Below the pieces are notes generated by a model. The model was not told the origin of the DNA and searched no databases. It saw only the letters and a program-made list of their open reading frames with translations. Made by a program: the position numbers and the translations under genes. From Octopus bimaculoides (taxonomy: Eukaryota), in assembly GCF_001194135.2 (NCBI RefSeq), contig NC_068983.1, positions 126,211,672-126,275,671 on the forward strand: a DNA stretch of 64,000 nt, read 5' to 3'. The number at the start of each line of letters is the position of its first letter. Positions within the stretch are counted from its first letter, which is position 1. This document shows positions 23,916 through 37,000 of this stretch, in pieces.

Positions 23916-25509
23916 GTTTTTATGACGTGCCTTTTCTCTCTCGCTGAGTAGAAACGGTTGTGAGAGAGAGAGAGAGAACTAAAGGACAGGAAGAAACAGA
24001 GACCGTATATTTATGTATGGTAAGAGTCATATAAATTGTTTTCTTTACGATAAGCACAACAAATTAGTACAAAATAATTGTGCCTCACATGACGCCTGAC
24101 AGGTACAACATACACAAAATGTTTTTGTCTGATAGACTGACGGGACAGGAGACTGATTCATAAGCACGAACAGACGCTGAATGATAAATAAAATATCAGC
24201 GATCATAAAAAAACTGCAGGTAATGATATATTTTAGACAGGAAGGAAGAATGTAGAGTGCAGTAAAGAATGGAGAAGGTGTGAAAAGAAGGGAAAAAGAA
24301 GAAAAGAAGTAGGAGAAAGAAACAGAAAGAGAAGGAGAAAAGAAGACTAAGCATCTGAGAACCAAACAAAACGCCAGAGAAATTGTGATTGTGTACATTT
24401 GCAATCGTACTGAAGAGATTCTGGGAGATATCAGATAAAATGTATGTGAAAGGTGAAAACAAGGTAAATATATACTCAAACATACACACAGATACACACA
24501 CACACGCACACAGCCGGACAAACAAACAGACTTATGCGCGCGTGCACGCACACATATAAAATAAGAAAACGTATTTTCAAAAGTTACTAGCTATTTAAAA
24601 ACAAAAATGTCTTTTATGTAGCAGAATGTAACTAAGGTTTATGGAAGTGTGTATATGGTATTTTGTGTCTAGTGTGAATTTTGTGTACTAGCACTTTGAT
24701 TTTCCTATATTTGAAACACGCGTTGAAGTTGTTTTCTTTTTGCATTACTGTCAACTATTTCCGGTTCAGTTTAGGATATTGAATTTTATAATTTTTAATT
24801 TTTACAGTGTATTCCTCTTTTGTCTTTCGAAGTTGATCAGAGCCATACTTTGTAAAAAGGGAATATTTTAATCTATTGACTTCATAATTTTGACAAATTT
24901 AGATGTTGATTATTTCTGGTTTAATTTCGGGTTTAGAAATCTCATAAAGCATTCTTCTTTCGCTTTCCGTAGATGATGATTTTCATTCTCTATTTTATAA
25001 AAGGGGATATTTTAAATGTTCAAATGTTCACTACACGGAACATTGGCGAGAGATGAATCTTTAATTCTTCTACGCGATTGGCTAATTTAGTGCATATTTC
25101 TCCATTGTAATTCCCATTGCATTTTGATGATATGAGATTTTTACTTTGGAATTCATGTTTACATTTACTTTCAATTCCTTCCAATTCTCGAATCTTTGGT
25201 TGTTCCTGACTAGTAATTTCGCATGTCCCACATCAACGGTCTCCACAGTTTGTTACTTGTATTATTTCTTTCTCCTATGTGAATCTTACCGCTGCTATAG
25301 GTCTCTTGAGAATTAGTGGTTGCCTTAGCTATTGATGATTTATGATTTTTTAATTACTTGTCAATGATTTGATGATCGGTGTAGAAGTGGGAGGACTTTG
25401 GCTGAATGCAGGATGTTGTAGTCCCTCGGATTATGGGTGGCTACAAATGGAATATATTTATGTTTTTGTTTTCCCCTTTAGCATGGAAAGAAAGTAAGGT
25501 GGAGCTAAT

Positions 25510-25850
25510 AGGCTAAAGCAATAAGTATTATCCATGAATCAGTCCTGTCATCACGGAACTGAATGAATATGAAGTCCCTTTTCTGGATGTTCAAATAATT
25601 GAAGAAAATGAATTAGTTACTACCGATGTCTACTGCAAGGACAGAGACACACACCAATACGTAGAGTTTAGATACTGCCATCCTTCCACTGCAAGAGAAA
25701 CATTCCATTCAATATGGCAAGACAAATATAATCACAATAATTACAGAAACCAATAGCCGTAACAATCGGTAGTTAGAACTAAATATGTTAATTTAAAAAC
25801 AGAAATACACCCCAAAATTATTAAACCGCTATACAAGTAAAACTAAAAAA
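25510..25850 (+). mobile_element. Penelope-like element fragment (RT C-terminal region)
   Basis: EVPFLDVQIIEENELVTTDVYCKDRDTHQYVEFRYCHPS, then after a frameshift HCKRNIPFNMAR; matches the PLE LPFLDV..YxKxTDTHQYL..SCHP motif. Confidence 0.8.
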
Positions 25851-26124
25851 AAATCGATATATACCTCAGAGAGGAAAACCCATGCTAATGGTGAAAACGA
25901 AAACACAAAACAACAAAAAAGTAAACAAACTTACTTTTTATGTATTAGTCGAGAATGTTTGCGTACCAAAGTTGTAAAACGAAAGTGTTTACAAATACAA
26001 TACACACCGGACTTCGAATGCCGAATATAAATTTATTCCACAAATGTTAGTGACATTCTGTTAAATTAAAGAATGTTTCCAAAATAGTTACTAACTTTAA
26101 ACAACAATCTGTTTCTAGTTATTT

Positions 26125-26314
26125 TTATAAGTTTTCCTTTAGGAAAGAAGCATGATTCAGTTCCACTACGTGGCACCTTCGGCGAGTGTCTTCTACTTTA
26201 GCCTACTATAGCACCATAGCTTCTACTATAACTCCGCAGCTTAGTGGTTCAGGAAAGTGACCGATAAAATAAGTGCCTGGCTTGAAAGAAAGTTCTGGGG
26301 TGAAACGTTCGACA
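26125..26314 (+). mobile_element. SINE family A, decayed
   Basis: ttcagttccactacgtggcaccttcggcgagtgtcttctac..gcttagtggttcaggaaagtgaccgataaaataagt..ctggggtgaa. Confidence 0.7.
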
Positions 26315-26316
26315 TA

Positions 26317-27300
26317 TCAGGTCATCCCATATGTTCTGTCCGAATTTTGAATAAAGAAAACAAGTGATCCAATATTATATTTAATTGAATTGTAATCATC
26401 AATGTACTTTCCCTGATTATCTATGACTTCCTTCCATCTATTTACAAGCTTTTTAATACCATCAATGTAAAAAAGTGAAGTATTTTGAAATGTCAGTTTC
26501 GACCTCCTCCTAGCTTGCGAAAGTTATGTCTCCTAAATGATTCTGTAAACTACGAAACAAATGGTAGTCTTAAGCATCAAGTTCGGGAGAATAAGGTGGA
26601 TGAGGAATTTTTTTCCCAACCAAGCTCTTCGATCTCCTGTGATGTGATCTGTGCAGTGTGAGGGTCACGCATTGTCCTGATGAAACATCAGTCGTTTTCG
26701 ATTCACTAAAGCGGGACTTTTTTTCTTCGAAGCTTGGTTCAAACGCTCTAATTGCTCACAGTAGACATGGACATTGATTGTTGCATTATGAGGTAACAAT
26801 TCAAAGTGAATTACAACTTTGCAATCGCACAAGATAGAGAGAAGAATCTTTTCCCTATAAAGTTCACTTCTCGGTTGTGGTCGAGCTATTTCCCTTTTAC
26901 CAAGCCGCATTTTACGACGTTTAAAATTTCGATTGAAGATCCATTTTTCGTCACCAGTCACAAGTCTATCCAAAAAGGGTGAAATGAGTTCGCGGGAATG
27001 GAGAGAAGAGCAGATGTCATCTCGGGATTTGCGGACGCTTTCGGACAATTCACGAGGCACCAATTTTCCAAGTTTAGGAACCTTGAGCAGTGCGCTTTTG
27101 AACCTGGCATTAGAAGGGGTGGACGGTACATTCCGTACAGTGGAATGGCGTCCAGTTGGAGATTTTTGTATAACACACAATGCCCATTTAGAATTTTCCA
27201 TATGTAGACTGTTACATATCTGTCGCGTCTTCGCTTTATGAAGTAAATTCGTATGTTTTTCAGCCTCTCCCTCTAGGCTTTCTGCTGCATTCCTACAATT
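26317..27300 (-). mobile_element. Mariner (Tc1/mariner) transposon relic with one TIR, 5' truncated
   Basis: ORF 26665-27201: GKLVPREL (WVPHEL), FLDRLVTGDEKWI, MFHQDNA; further downstream WEKIPHPPYSPEL..DYHLFRSLQNHL. Putative TIR tcaggtcatcccatatgttctgtccg starts at 26317, preceded by TA. The second TIR was not found. Confidence 0.9.
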
Positions 27301-28020
27301 ATTTTCTTGTTATGACATCGGAGCGCTGAAAGCTCCCCTGTTAGGTTGGCGATATATGGTGACCAGATGATTGCAGTTGTCCTGCGGCTAGCAACAAAGG
27401 TCTTCCATAGGCTCAACAAGATTTATTTGTCTCTTGTATAAAGAATAGTTGTAACCATCCAGACAATTTTCTGCACTTTGTTGCCATCTCATCAATGTAC
27501 ATCTGAATTTGTGAATCATTCCACATATTGATCCCCAAGTCTCTCATTGTCTTTGATTCTAGGACTAGTGCCTTCAGGTCCTTTATATAAAGACTGTGGT
27601 GTATTTATAAGTTTATAACGCAGGTGCTTGAAATTTTCTAGCCTTAAACTTCATGTTTTTTCCGTCCACTTGTATATTGAATTTAGATCCCACCGTAAGC
27701 TTGTAATATTATCTAAATTATATTTTGCTTGTAATAATTTTGTATCATCGGAGTAACTAGTGATTGTGGCTGGCTGGGTGACCATGGGCGTGTCTGAGAA
27801 ACAACTATTTATTAGTAAAGGTATCACGAGATGTATTTCCCCGGAGAAGGAACCATTGGCTCCAACTACCTGAACTCTATCTGTTAGGGATTCATACAAC
27901 CACTCGCCCAGTTTACTACCTATGCCAAATTTTCGCAGTTTATAACATACTGTGCGATGACCTACCTTATCAAAGGTTTTTGTGTCATCAAGATATATCA
28001 CTTTGATATATGAACGATCA
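27290..28020 (-). mobile_element. CR1-like LINE RT fragment
   Basis: IYLDDTKTFDKVGH..KLRKFGIGSKLGEWL..LTDRVQVVGANG, SYSDDTKL, then MRDLGI, KCRKLSGW, LWKTFV, IWSP. Confidence 0.85.
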
Positions 28021-28130
28021 AGCAGCTACTTCAAGTGTTTGTTTTTAGTCAATGCCTTACTTACGTCACTTTTACTGGCTGCCTCACCTATCTCCTCCTC
28101 TCTGTTATCCATCACCTATATGTGTGTGTA

Positions 28131-28172
<42 letters not shown>

Positions 28173-28182
28173 NNNNNNNNNN

Positions 28183-28216
<34 letters not shown>

Positions 28217-28551
28217 CAATGTGTGTTTTACCTTATCAACCTCACGTACCCGAAACGAACCAGAGGCAAACTGAATAGCTTGTCCATGATTACATTTAAA
28301 ATTGCATAAAGACCAACTGCTGGGATACCCGAACAAAGCATACGTAGGAATAAATTCAAATACGAATTAGAAGCAGCATAATTCTTGCACACCATATACA
28401 ACACATATACACAACGAATGAGCACTGCTTGTTCGACGGAAGGCTGTGAATTAACTCGGTGGAGTCGACCTTCTCAAATTCACCGGTTGTTAAAAAACCT
28501 TAGTCATAGTTATAAACATGTGAGACAACTCACAACATGTCTCATTCAGGA

Positions 28552-28597
28552 GTGATCGACATCGATGTTTCGCCATTTTTTGGATTATCAACATCAC
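28552..28597 (-). ncRNA. Hammerhead relic with U3/A8 core variant
   Basis: Minus strand: GTGATG-TTGATAA-T-CCA-AAAAA-TGG-C-GAAA-CATCGATG-TC-GATCAC. Palindromic stem III ACATCGATGT, GUC site, 5-bp stem I; mismatches at pairs 1.1/2.1 and 10.1/11.1. Confidence 0.5.
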
Positions 28598-30225
28598 GTT
28601 CCTCGTATTTCCCATCCATTTGTATGATATTATGTGCGCTCTTTAAAAATTGGATAGGTTATTCAATTTCATATTTGTATATTATGTCAGAAAATTGTGA
28701 CTTACAGTAATGGGTAACTACCTTTCTTCAATAATCTACTCCATGATTTTGGACTGCATTTTATCAAGAATAAAAGCGACCAGTTATTTATTTTCTGTAA
28801 GCTGAAAATGAATATCGATCTTGATATTATCTATTTGATCACATCTCTAGATTGTCTAACACAATCCACATCTAGTCTTTTATACTAAGTGTATGCTCGA
28901 GATTTTCCTTACTGTTGCATAAAATCATTAATTCAAATCACGTTTCGTTTAACAAAGTAATACATTTTTACTTGCAAATGAAACCCGGATTTTGATGCAA
29001 TTGTACATAAAATATATTTATAAAGCAGTTATTTTCCCTGTGCTTTTTTAAAATACAGTGAATATATTTGTTCTTACTTATTTCAAGTGAAACAGGCGAA
29101 CGTATACTGAATTTAACTGCAAAAAATAAAACAACAACGAAAAGCATTATTTCCTGTATATGTTAGAAATAGGTATGCAACTATTGGGATTTTACAAACG
29201 GGACTATTTTCTCTTATTTTTTACTCATTCAGGTTACTGTAAATTATAATTTGGCTCCCCAACATTCGTTGTTCAAATGCTTCGAAATTTTCTGGAAGAT
29301 AACACGGATTACGTGTTTCCTCTATGTATTTAATGTGATTGTTTAACAAAAAATAAAACAGAAAGAAAATGTAACGTAATATTCAGATGTTGCAGTAATG
29401 TAATAGAGTGCCAGAAAAGAAAACAAAATAAGGTTTGTATTGTGGAAAGCAATCATGTAGATGAGATGATATACTTCTATAAAAATGTATAGCAGCGGTT
29501 TCTTCGAATACGCTACGCACTAGGACGTTACTGCACCGTGCCAGTAAGGAACCATTATAAAGCATAATAAACGAACCGTAATAAAGTATTAGCAAAACTA
29601 ATGCATGCCGCCAGAGTATTTTGATATTTAGTAAAATATGAATAGGATTACAAACAGGATATATATGTATTTAAATATTTTCCCCCTGAAGTTATTCACA
29701 TTAATAAAGATACACTATCCGCAAATTTATGCAAGAAGTAAATGTAATTTTTATCTAAGTAGTATAAGTAATTCGGTAGCTATAACGATCTGCCAATAAA
29801 CTGCCATCATGCACAACTGTGGTAATTTTCGTATATATATAAATATATATAAATATATATATATATATATATNNNNNNNNNNNNNNNNNNNNNNNNNNNN
29901 NNNNNNNNNNNNNNNNNNNNNNNNNNNNNNNNNNNNNNNNNNNNNNNNNNNNNNNNNNNNNNNNNNNNNNNNNNNNNNNNNNNNNNNNNNNNNNNNNNNN
30001 NNNNNNNNNNNNNNNNNNNNNNNNNNNNNNNNNNNNNNNNNNNNNNNNNNNNNNNNNNNNNNNNNNNNNNNNNNNNNNNNNNNNNNNNNNNNNNNNNNNN
30101 NNNNNNNNNNNNNNNNNNNNNNNNNNNNNNNNNNNNNNNNNNNNNNNNNNNNNNNNNNNNNNNNNNNNNNNNNNNNNNNNNNNNNNNNNNNNNNNNNNNN
30201 NNNNNNNNNNNNNNNNNNNNNNNNN

Positions 30226-30256
<31 letters not shown>

Positions 30257-32087
30257 TATATACATACATTTGCACTTAATATTCTGCAGAGCTAATGAAT
30301 TAAACTATTCCGAGTGCATTACTGAGTGTTATGTTATTGTCTATGAAGATATAAAAATTATAAAAAGGAAAAACTCTTGAGGTTTTGGGATTACGAAAAT
30401 TAAAGTGTAAATATATTACAACAGTTTTCTTAAAATTCTATTAAATTCCTAATCAAAATCACTTAACAATTTTCAATAGTAATTGAAGATTCGCAAGGCA
30501 GAAATATATTTTAAAACTGAAATTTGTTTTGCTTGACACAAATCAAAATATTTGTGAATAATGATTTCGTGTATATCATATCCATATATTTGTTAATTTA
30601 AAATATATTTTATATTTAATTTTATATTTTAATTCGAGTTCACTGAGTAAATAAACCGTAAGCATATATTCGAAAAGAAAATCCAATTATTCAATTATAT
30701 CTTGTTGAAATAACTTTTTAGATCTATAAATGTATAAATATTTCTAAACGTATAAATATTTCTAAATATGTGTTACAGATAATTAAACTCGACAATTTAC
30801 CTTCTAGTTATTTTCATTTCTTCGCATTTGTTTAAGCAAATCAATGTAAATCGAAATACATGACAAATTATCTCAGAACTTGATCTTATAATGTTTTACT
30901 CATACTATGCACTATGTTTAGACATTAATAGTAATGCTTAGGTATATAAAATTTTCATCGCCGAATCGATAGTATATGACTTTTTAATGCTAATATATAA
31001 TTAATAGAAGACATGAATGACCTATTATATAGAGCTTAATTCGTTCTAGTATGAGAAATGTAAACTCTTAAGGAGCATATTTAGAAATATAGTGAAGAGA
31101 ATTCAGAATATTATTGCAGGCGTCATATTTTCAGAGCTTTAGATATAGATGTGAGTGCATAAGGAAGTCATAAAACAACGATCATGTGCTATTGTGGTGA
31201 AAAATAGAAGTGTGTTATATTACAACGCCCACAAATATGCAATGATGTCTATATAATCGCGAGCATATACGCCTTCTTTCTCTCCCTCTCTCTCTCACAA
31301 AAACATACACATACACCCACTCTTACAGACATTTTTCTCCCTTATAAACGGGATAAAGCATAACATATATAAAGGTGGTTGAGTATGTTACTAGAAAGTG
31401 TACCCTTTTAACTCGTAATCCCGCGCTTTGTGTCAAATATTTTTCGAACGAATTTAATTGTTAGAATATGTGCCAAAACATAAACAAAATGATTACTTAC
31501 TATGATAAAACAATCATGCACATAAAATATTTTGGTTTCTAAACTTTGGATTTATTAATATCATTTTTATTTTTTGTATGTCGTCTACGTAATATGCAAT
31601 TAATGTTGAAACACTAGATATACCAAGACAAAAAATACTTAACTTACTATAAAATGCAGCCTTATAAGCTTTATATATTACATTAAAATATCATAAAGGT
31701 AATTCACTTACAGAAAATAATTCAACAATGACAATGCATTTAAAGAAAAAAGCACTCCATTATTTTCGAGATTAAAATTTATATTTATTTCATAATATGG
31801 AATTGTAGAATTTTTTTATTCACCTGTATAGTTTTACAAATAATATGCAACTTTATCAATTTATGCAATTTAATATAGTAGCGTTCGAAAACTTTATATC
31901 TTATCCCGATCTTGAATATTTAGAATTTAGAAGAGCATTCTCGAATTCATAAATTGATCGTAACAAAGTCAGCTCTAGCCTTCAAGGTCTAATAAGGCAA
32001 ATGGAAATCAACAAGTGCGGCCAATAATATGGACTTTCCTTCTATCGTCTACTATATATTGGTAATTTCTGATTACAAATACCAATA

Positions 32088-32088
<1 letters not shown>

Positions 32089-32155
<67 letters not shown>

Positions 32156-32178
32156 ATAATAATAATAATAATAATAAT
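32089..32178. repeat. (TAC)n(TAA)n microsatellite
   Basis: Directly visible. Confidence 0.95.
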
Positions 32179-32184
32179 TAATTC

Positions 32185-32330
32185 GTTTTATTGGCCACAA
32201 GGGCTAATATCAATTAAAAACATGTAAGGACAAAGACAGGACGAAGGTTACAAAAGGTTTTGTCCGGAAAGGTAGGAAAGTTCGTCTAAACAGAGGAAGA
32301 AAACGAAGAAAGATATAACAAATAAATAGA

Positions 32331-32361
<31 letters not shown>

Positions 32362-32700
32362 ATAGAACTCCCAAAGGAGGATACGCTTCGTAAAAGGAAA
32401 GGTTACACGTGGAAAAACCCATAAAACTACGGGAGCCTGGTCAGAAAAAATAAGAAAGGGGTATAGAGCCCTTTCTCCTTTTACATTATCACGCTCTTTA
32501 GTGCCGACTTGAAAATGTTGGCCATGGTATTAGTGAAGAGGGTGGGGCTCGTCATGAAGAAGCTGGTTGGAGACGCGTGATCCCAAACAGGTCCACCGCC
32601 GATAACCTCCACCTCATTCGCTACATCATAGGCAGGGTAATTAGGAAACCTGGCATGGATATCCGAAATGGTAAAACTTCTCTTTTCGAATTCCCAAGTA
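32185..32700. mobile_element. L1/Tx1-like LINE remnant: plus-strand RT piece (about 32485-32680) joined to a probable minus-strand 3' UTR (about 32185-32480)
   Basis: Plus frame ITLFSADLKMLAMVLVKRVGLVMKKLVGDA, then ADNLHLIRYII (RPITLLNxDxKILAK..DNL motif). The minus segment ends in tagcccttgtggccaataaaacgaatt-(TAT)n, which looks like a LINE 3' end. Confidence 0.6.
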
Positions 32701-32825
32701 TTAAATGAATTCTGTCCCCGCATAATTTATTGCCCGATGTTATTTCTATATAATATTTTACATCATGCATGCATTTAAATATTCTTTTCTACTCCATGCA
32801 GAAGGCCTGAAATTTTTGGGGAGGC

Positions 32826-32986
32826 GGCCAGTCGATTAGACCGACCCCAGTATGCAACTGGTTCTTAATTTACTAACCCCTAATGAATGGAAAGCAAAGT
32901 CGACCTCGGCGGAATTTGAATTCAGATCGTAAAGATAGACGAAACACCGTTAAGCCTTTCGCCCGTTTCTGCCAGCTCGCCGCCTT
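32826..32986 (-). mobile_element. SINE family B
   Basis: Reverse complement: aaggcggcgagctggcagaaacgggcgaaaggcttaacggtgtttcgtc..tctgaattcaaattccgccgaggtcgactttgctttccattc..aagaaccagttgcatactggggtcg. Confidence 0.85.
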
Positions 32987-33849
32987 AACATTTATTGTAA
33001 TATTACAATATTACATCATACATGCATCGCAGACACTCGATAGAGACAGATGCACATATGAGTGTCATCATGTGCGTATATTCTCACTTTCAAGCTGGTT
33101 TTCTAAATTAGACAATATAGGAAGTAGACAGGAATCAAAAGGATTAAGAGGACTTCTTTGTAACTAGTTCAGTATGTGTTATACGTTGATTTCCCTCTGA
33201 ATATTTCTAATATTGTTAAATAAGCAGACGTTAGCGGAGAACAAAAGTTATTGTGACATGAAGTTAAATTAATTATTAATAAGCGTCTGTTGTTTAGCAT
33301 TATATCAAAAATTGCTTTTAGAAAAGTAGGATGCAAATGCTATCGTTTTCATCATATTACACTTATCTATCCTTCACAGAGCAATAGCTTCAGCAATCTA
33401 GCGAAATAACAATCTCACAGATTTGCACAATCTGTTTGCTTTCTCATTCTGTTTCCCTTTATTTCTATATTTATTTCATTCATACTGTTGCTCTGTATTA
33501 CACATGATGAAGGTTTTTAGCAAATAGTTTCGTTTATCAGTGTAAATAAATGAAGAAGAAAGTGTTTCTACTTAAAAAAAAAATGTTTGGAAGAAACGCT
33601 AATCTCTTTCATACCTTCTTTAGAAGGAAATAATTATTTTATTTGAAGCCAATCTCACAATAAAAGAAATCCATTCTCTCCACTCATCCGATGGATTGTG
33701 TCAGATGTGGCGTTCTAATATATCTTTACTAATTTTCCTTACCTCACTCACGATTTGGTATTTACGGATTGATATATTTCAGCGATCAGCTGTATAAATA
33801 GAGATTGCTGTGATTTAGTTGTGGCTATGACTATAAACTACACACGATA

Positions 33850-33990
33850 GTGAGAGCTTGGGGCCCTGGTTTCTGGGTTTTGAGGAGTGTGGAACCACCT
33901 TTTAGTCACTATTGTTCCCAGGTCTATCTGGACCAAGTGGTTGCAACTGTAAGAGTTCCAGCTTTGAGTAAACTAGTAAACCACTCTGCG
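33850..33990 (+). mobile_element. Possible decayed SINE of another family
   Basis: ccacctttagtcactattgttcccaggtctatctggaccaagtggttgcaactgtaagagttcca resembles an octopus interspersed repeat as I recall it; no second copy in this window. Confidence 0.3.
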
Positions 33991-34149
33991 ACTTGGTGTG
34001 GAATCGGTAGAATGTAGTCGTCGTATATTTTTTGTGTGGAGTAAGAGGTGACTAAAAGGGACGGGAGTGAAGGGACAGGGAATCCAATCCTCCTAGTAAT
34101 TCAATATTCCTAAAAAGACAGCAAGAAAAAGACAAGGGAATGGAACAAG

Positions 34150-34890
34150 GATAACACCAAATCTCACCCTAGTACTAGGGTCATGGAATGTGCGTGGAAG
34201 TAGTACAAGTGAGGTAAGGAGGAGATAGATAAAGAGCATGAGGATGAGGACAAGGATGGATGTACTAGCACTGAGGGAGACCAAGATGAAAGGTAAGGAA
34301 GAATGCCAGTTTGGGAATGTGACTGGATGAGTGTCGGGAGTGGGGGCTGGAGGGTTCGTGAGGGATTGGTATTGGTGGTGAGTGAGTGTGTAAAGGAGAG
34401 TGCGGTGGAGTGTAGGGAAGTGTCTCAAGGTTAATGTAGGTTAAAATGAGGTGGGGAAGAGAGATGTGGATATTTTCTAGTGCATATTGTCCAGGGAGTG
34501 AAATGATTGTGGAAGAAGGAGAGTTCTGGAGGGAACTGACAGTGTGTGTGGATAGGGGGGGGGGAAGTGGTGTTGTGTGATTTGAATGCGCAAGTGAGAA
34601 ATGAGGAGTGGAAAATGTAGTAGGAAAATATGGAGTTCCTGGTCGGGATGAGAGTGGAAGAAGGTTTTGGAAATGTGTATGGAACTGGAATTGGTGGTGG
34701 GAATAGTCTTTTTCAAAAGTAGGAGAATAAGATCATGTGGTGGAGGGTGGAGGGAGGAACTTTTTGTGGATAGGACCTTAAAAGATTATGTATTAATTGA
34801 TAAGAGAATGGCTTAAAAGTTTGTGAATGTGCATGTAATAAGAGGTGAAGGCGGAGGTGTGTCAGGCCACTTCTTAGTACAGTGTTTGGA
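34150..34890 (+). mobile_element. RTE LINE endonuclease-domain fragment (G-rich subfamily)
   Basis: LVLGSWNVRGS, MDVLALRETKMKG, FSAYCPG, VLCDLNAQV (GDFNA), VVGKYGVPGRDESG, DYVLID, GVSGHFLV (SDH): the full APE motif series, frameshifted. Confidence 0.85.
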
Positions 34891-35283
34891 AATTTAACCA
34901 TTGTTAAAATGTCAAATGTAGATTAATTATAAGTAACCTGATTTCTTTATCCTCAACATGAAATTGTGTTCATCAACATTCAGTCAACTACAGATTTGCT
35001 AATCCATGGCAAGAAGAAAGAGTTACATATACTGCGAATAATTCAATATAATATTACAAAATGAGAATGTTATTTAAATAATAGGAAAGTGGAGGCACAC
35101 TATCTATGTAATAGACAGGATAGTAACAGTTAGAAAAACATTTGATCATAGGTTTCGTTACAGTTAACGTGAGACTAGAAAAACAACATTGACGATAACA
35201 TTAATTCCAATAGACAGAGTTCTACTCTAGGAAAATTTGAAATATATCACAGTAGTAACAACTTGTATAGCAACTTCTAATTG

Positions 35284-35327
<44 letters not shown>

Positions 35328-35834
35328 GCAATGAAAAAAAGCAAGTAGGAAAATGTCTTAGTGTAACGTTTAAATAAGAAAGGGGTGAGTCTTAACGTTT
35401 CCAACGCTTGTCGTTCGTCAGGAAGAACATACAAAAAGTAAAGTGTGAAAGAGGAAAAGTGATTCAGAAAAATATGGACGAGGGTTTAAGGATCAGGTGG
35501 ATATGTGGTTCGATTTGTGGAGTTAAAGAAGAAGAGAGGGCACGCGTGGCTATGTATTTTCCAGGGTGTGTCTATATTTCGAAACAGGCATAAAGATACT
35601 CACTGCTATTTTTGTGTATGTTTGTAGATGTTTGAAGGTAAGAAAGTATAGCGGATTGCTTGAGTTGTGTGGGAACGGTTGTTTGTGTGTGGGTGTATAT
35701 GAAGGAAGCATGTAGAAACTGAGTAAGTTAAAGTGGATGCGAGTTTGAGGTAAGTGGAAGGCGAGAGCAATGTGAGGATACCGTAAATGTGTATGTAATG
35801 GTAGGTATATGAGATACTGTCATGTGGAAATGAT

Positions 35835-36430
35835 AACAACCCAAACAGATATTTTGTTCTCACCCGATTTTTGGATATGCTGAATCCAAAAATAGAATAC
35901 ATTTTTAAACATTACCTCTAGACTCAACACACCAAACCCTAACAAATCATTAGTGGGTGATATGCGTGGTCTTTAAGATACTCAGCATTTTCCCCGGGCA
36001 GCAAAGTGAATACTACAAATATCCATTACTCGTATGTATGTGGGGCAGCAGATCCGTGAAAAAAAAAACATTTGGTGACTAAAAAAAATGACAGCAGCGA
36101 ATATTAGTTTCAGGGCATTTTAATATGGTTGAAGAACCATTAATTCAAATGGGAAAACTCATCCTCACTCCAATCCATAACAAACTTAGTATTATGAAGC
36201 ACTTCATTAAAGCTGTGGATGCACCATATTTCCACTGTAACGGCAACACATTTTCCCGGGCTGAGCTGCGAAAAGATAAAGGCAGGAGTATTTCATGGGT
36301 TGCAGATCAGAAAATTAACGAGATGTGGTAACTTAGTAAGTTCGTTGCATTTCATTGAAGCAAGAGCATACAATTCATTTGTAATAGTTCTAAATGACTT
36401 TCGGAGAAACATGGAAGTAGCCAACTAAAT
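35835..36430 (+). mobile_element. DNA transposon relic, probably Chapaev3 (CMC)
   Basis: KLILTPIHNKLSIMKHFIKAVD and FPGLSCEKIKAGVFHGLQIRKL match the PLHIKLGLMKQFVKAL..FPxLSxEKxKAGxFxGPQIRxL transposase motif. The superfamily name is from memory. Confidence 0.6.
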
Positions 36431-36599
36431 CGAAAGAAGTTTGCTTCCAAACCAAATGGTTTCGGTTCCAATCTGATTGCGAAACCCATGTGACCCTAAT
36501 CTAATAACTGAACCCAATTATAAATAAAAGATAATGAATTACAAATGTTTTTATACACCCACACATTTTCCTCTCCACTTCTCAGCAGTGGACAACACT

Positions 36600-37000
36600 C
36601 TTTATTCACCCTCACTGACACTGAAACTCACTCGTTATGGCACGCAAAAACACAAGCATAAATCACATTCACACAATCACACACTTGCAGGCACGAGCCG
36701 TATTATAGCGTCGTATTCTGCTCATGACCTTAAGTCCCTTTCTGTCCTGTCATCCTTTCGTCACTTCCATTTTCATGTGGTTATATCAACTCTCTTAACC
36801 AAGGCTTTGGCTAAAATCTTATCCTCCGTTTTCCATGATTTTCTTCTCTGCAGTCTCTATTTGCTCTCTTCCCTTTATATAGGTCGTAAACTCCAACTCG
36901 TACTTATACATCTGCATCATCTTCGAAATTTCGTTTATCAGGTTTTTATCATTCTATCGAAATTGCTATCTCACCTGCACCTTACACCATTTTAATTCTT
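36600..37000 (-). mobile_element. Decayed RTE-like RT fragment
   Basis: PIYKGKRANRDC..KILAKALVKRV resembles PIYKGKGD..C.NYRGI..KI..K.L..R. Confidence 0.4.

Noticed and set aside
24045-24220. Possible minus-strand exon after a long pyrimidine tract
   Set aside because: The peptide is unrecognisable and the tract is low-complexity.
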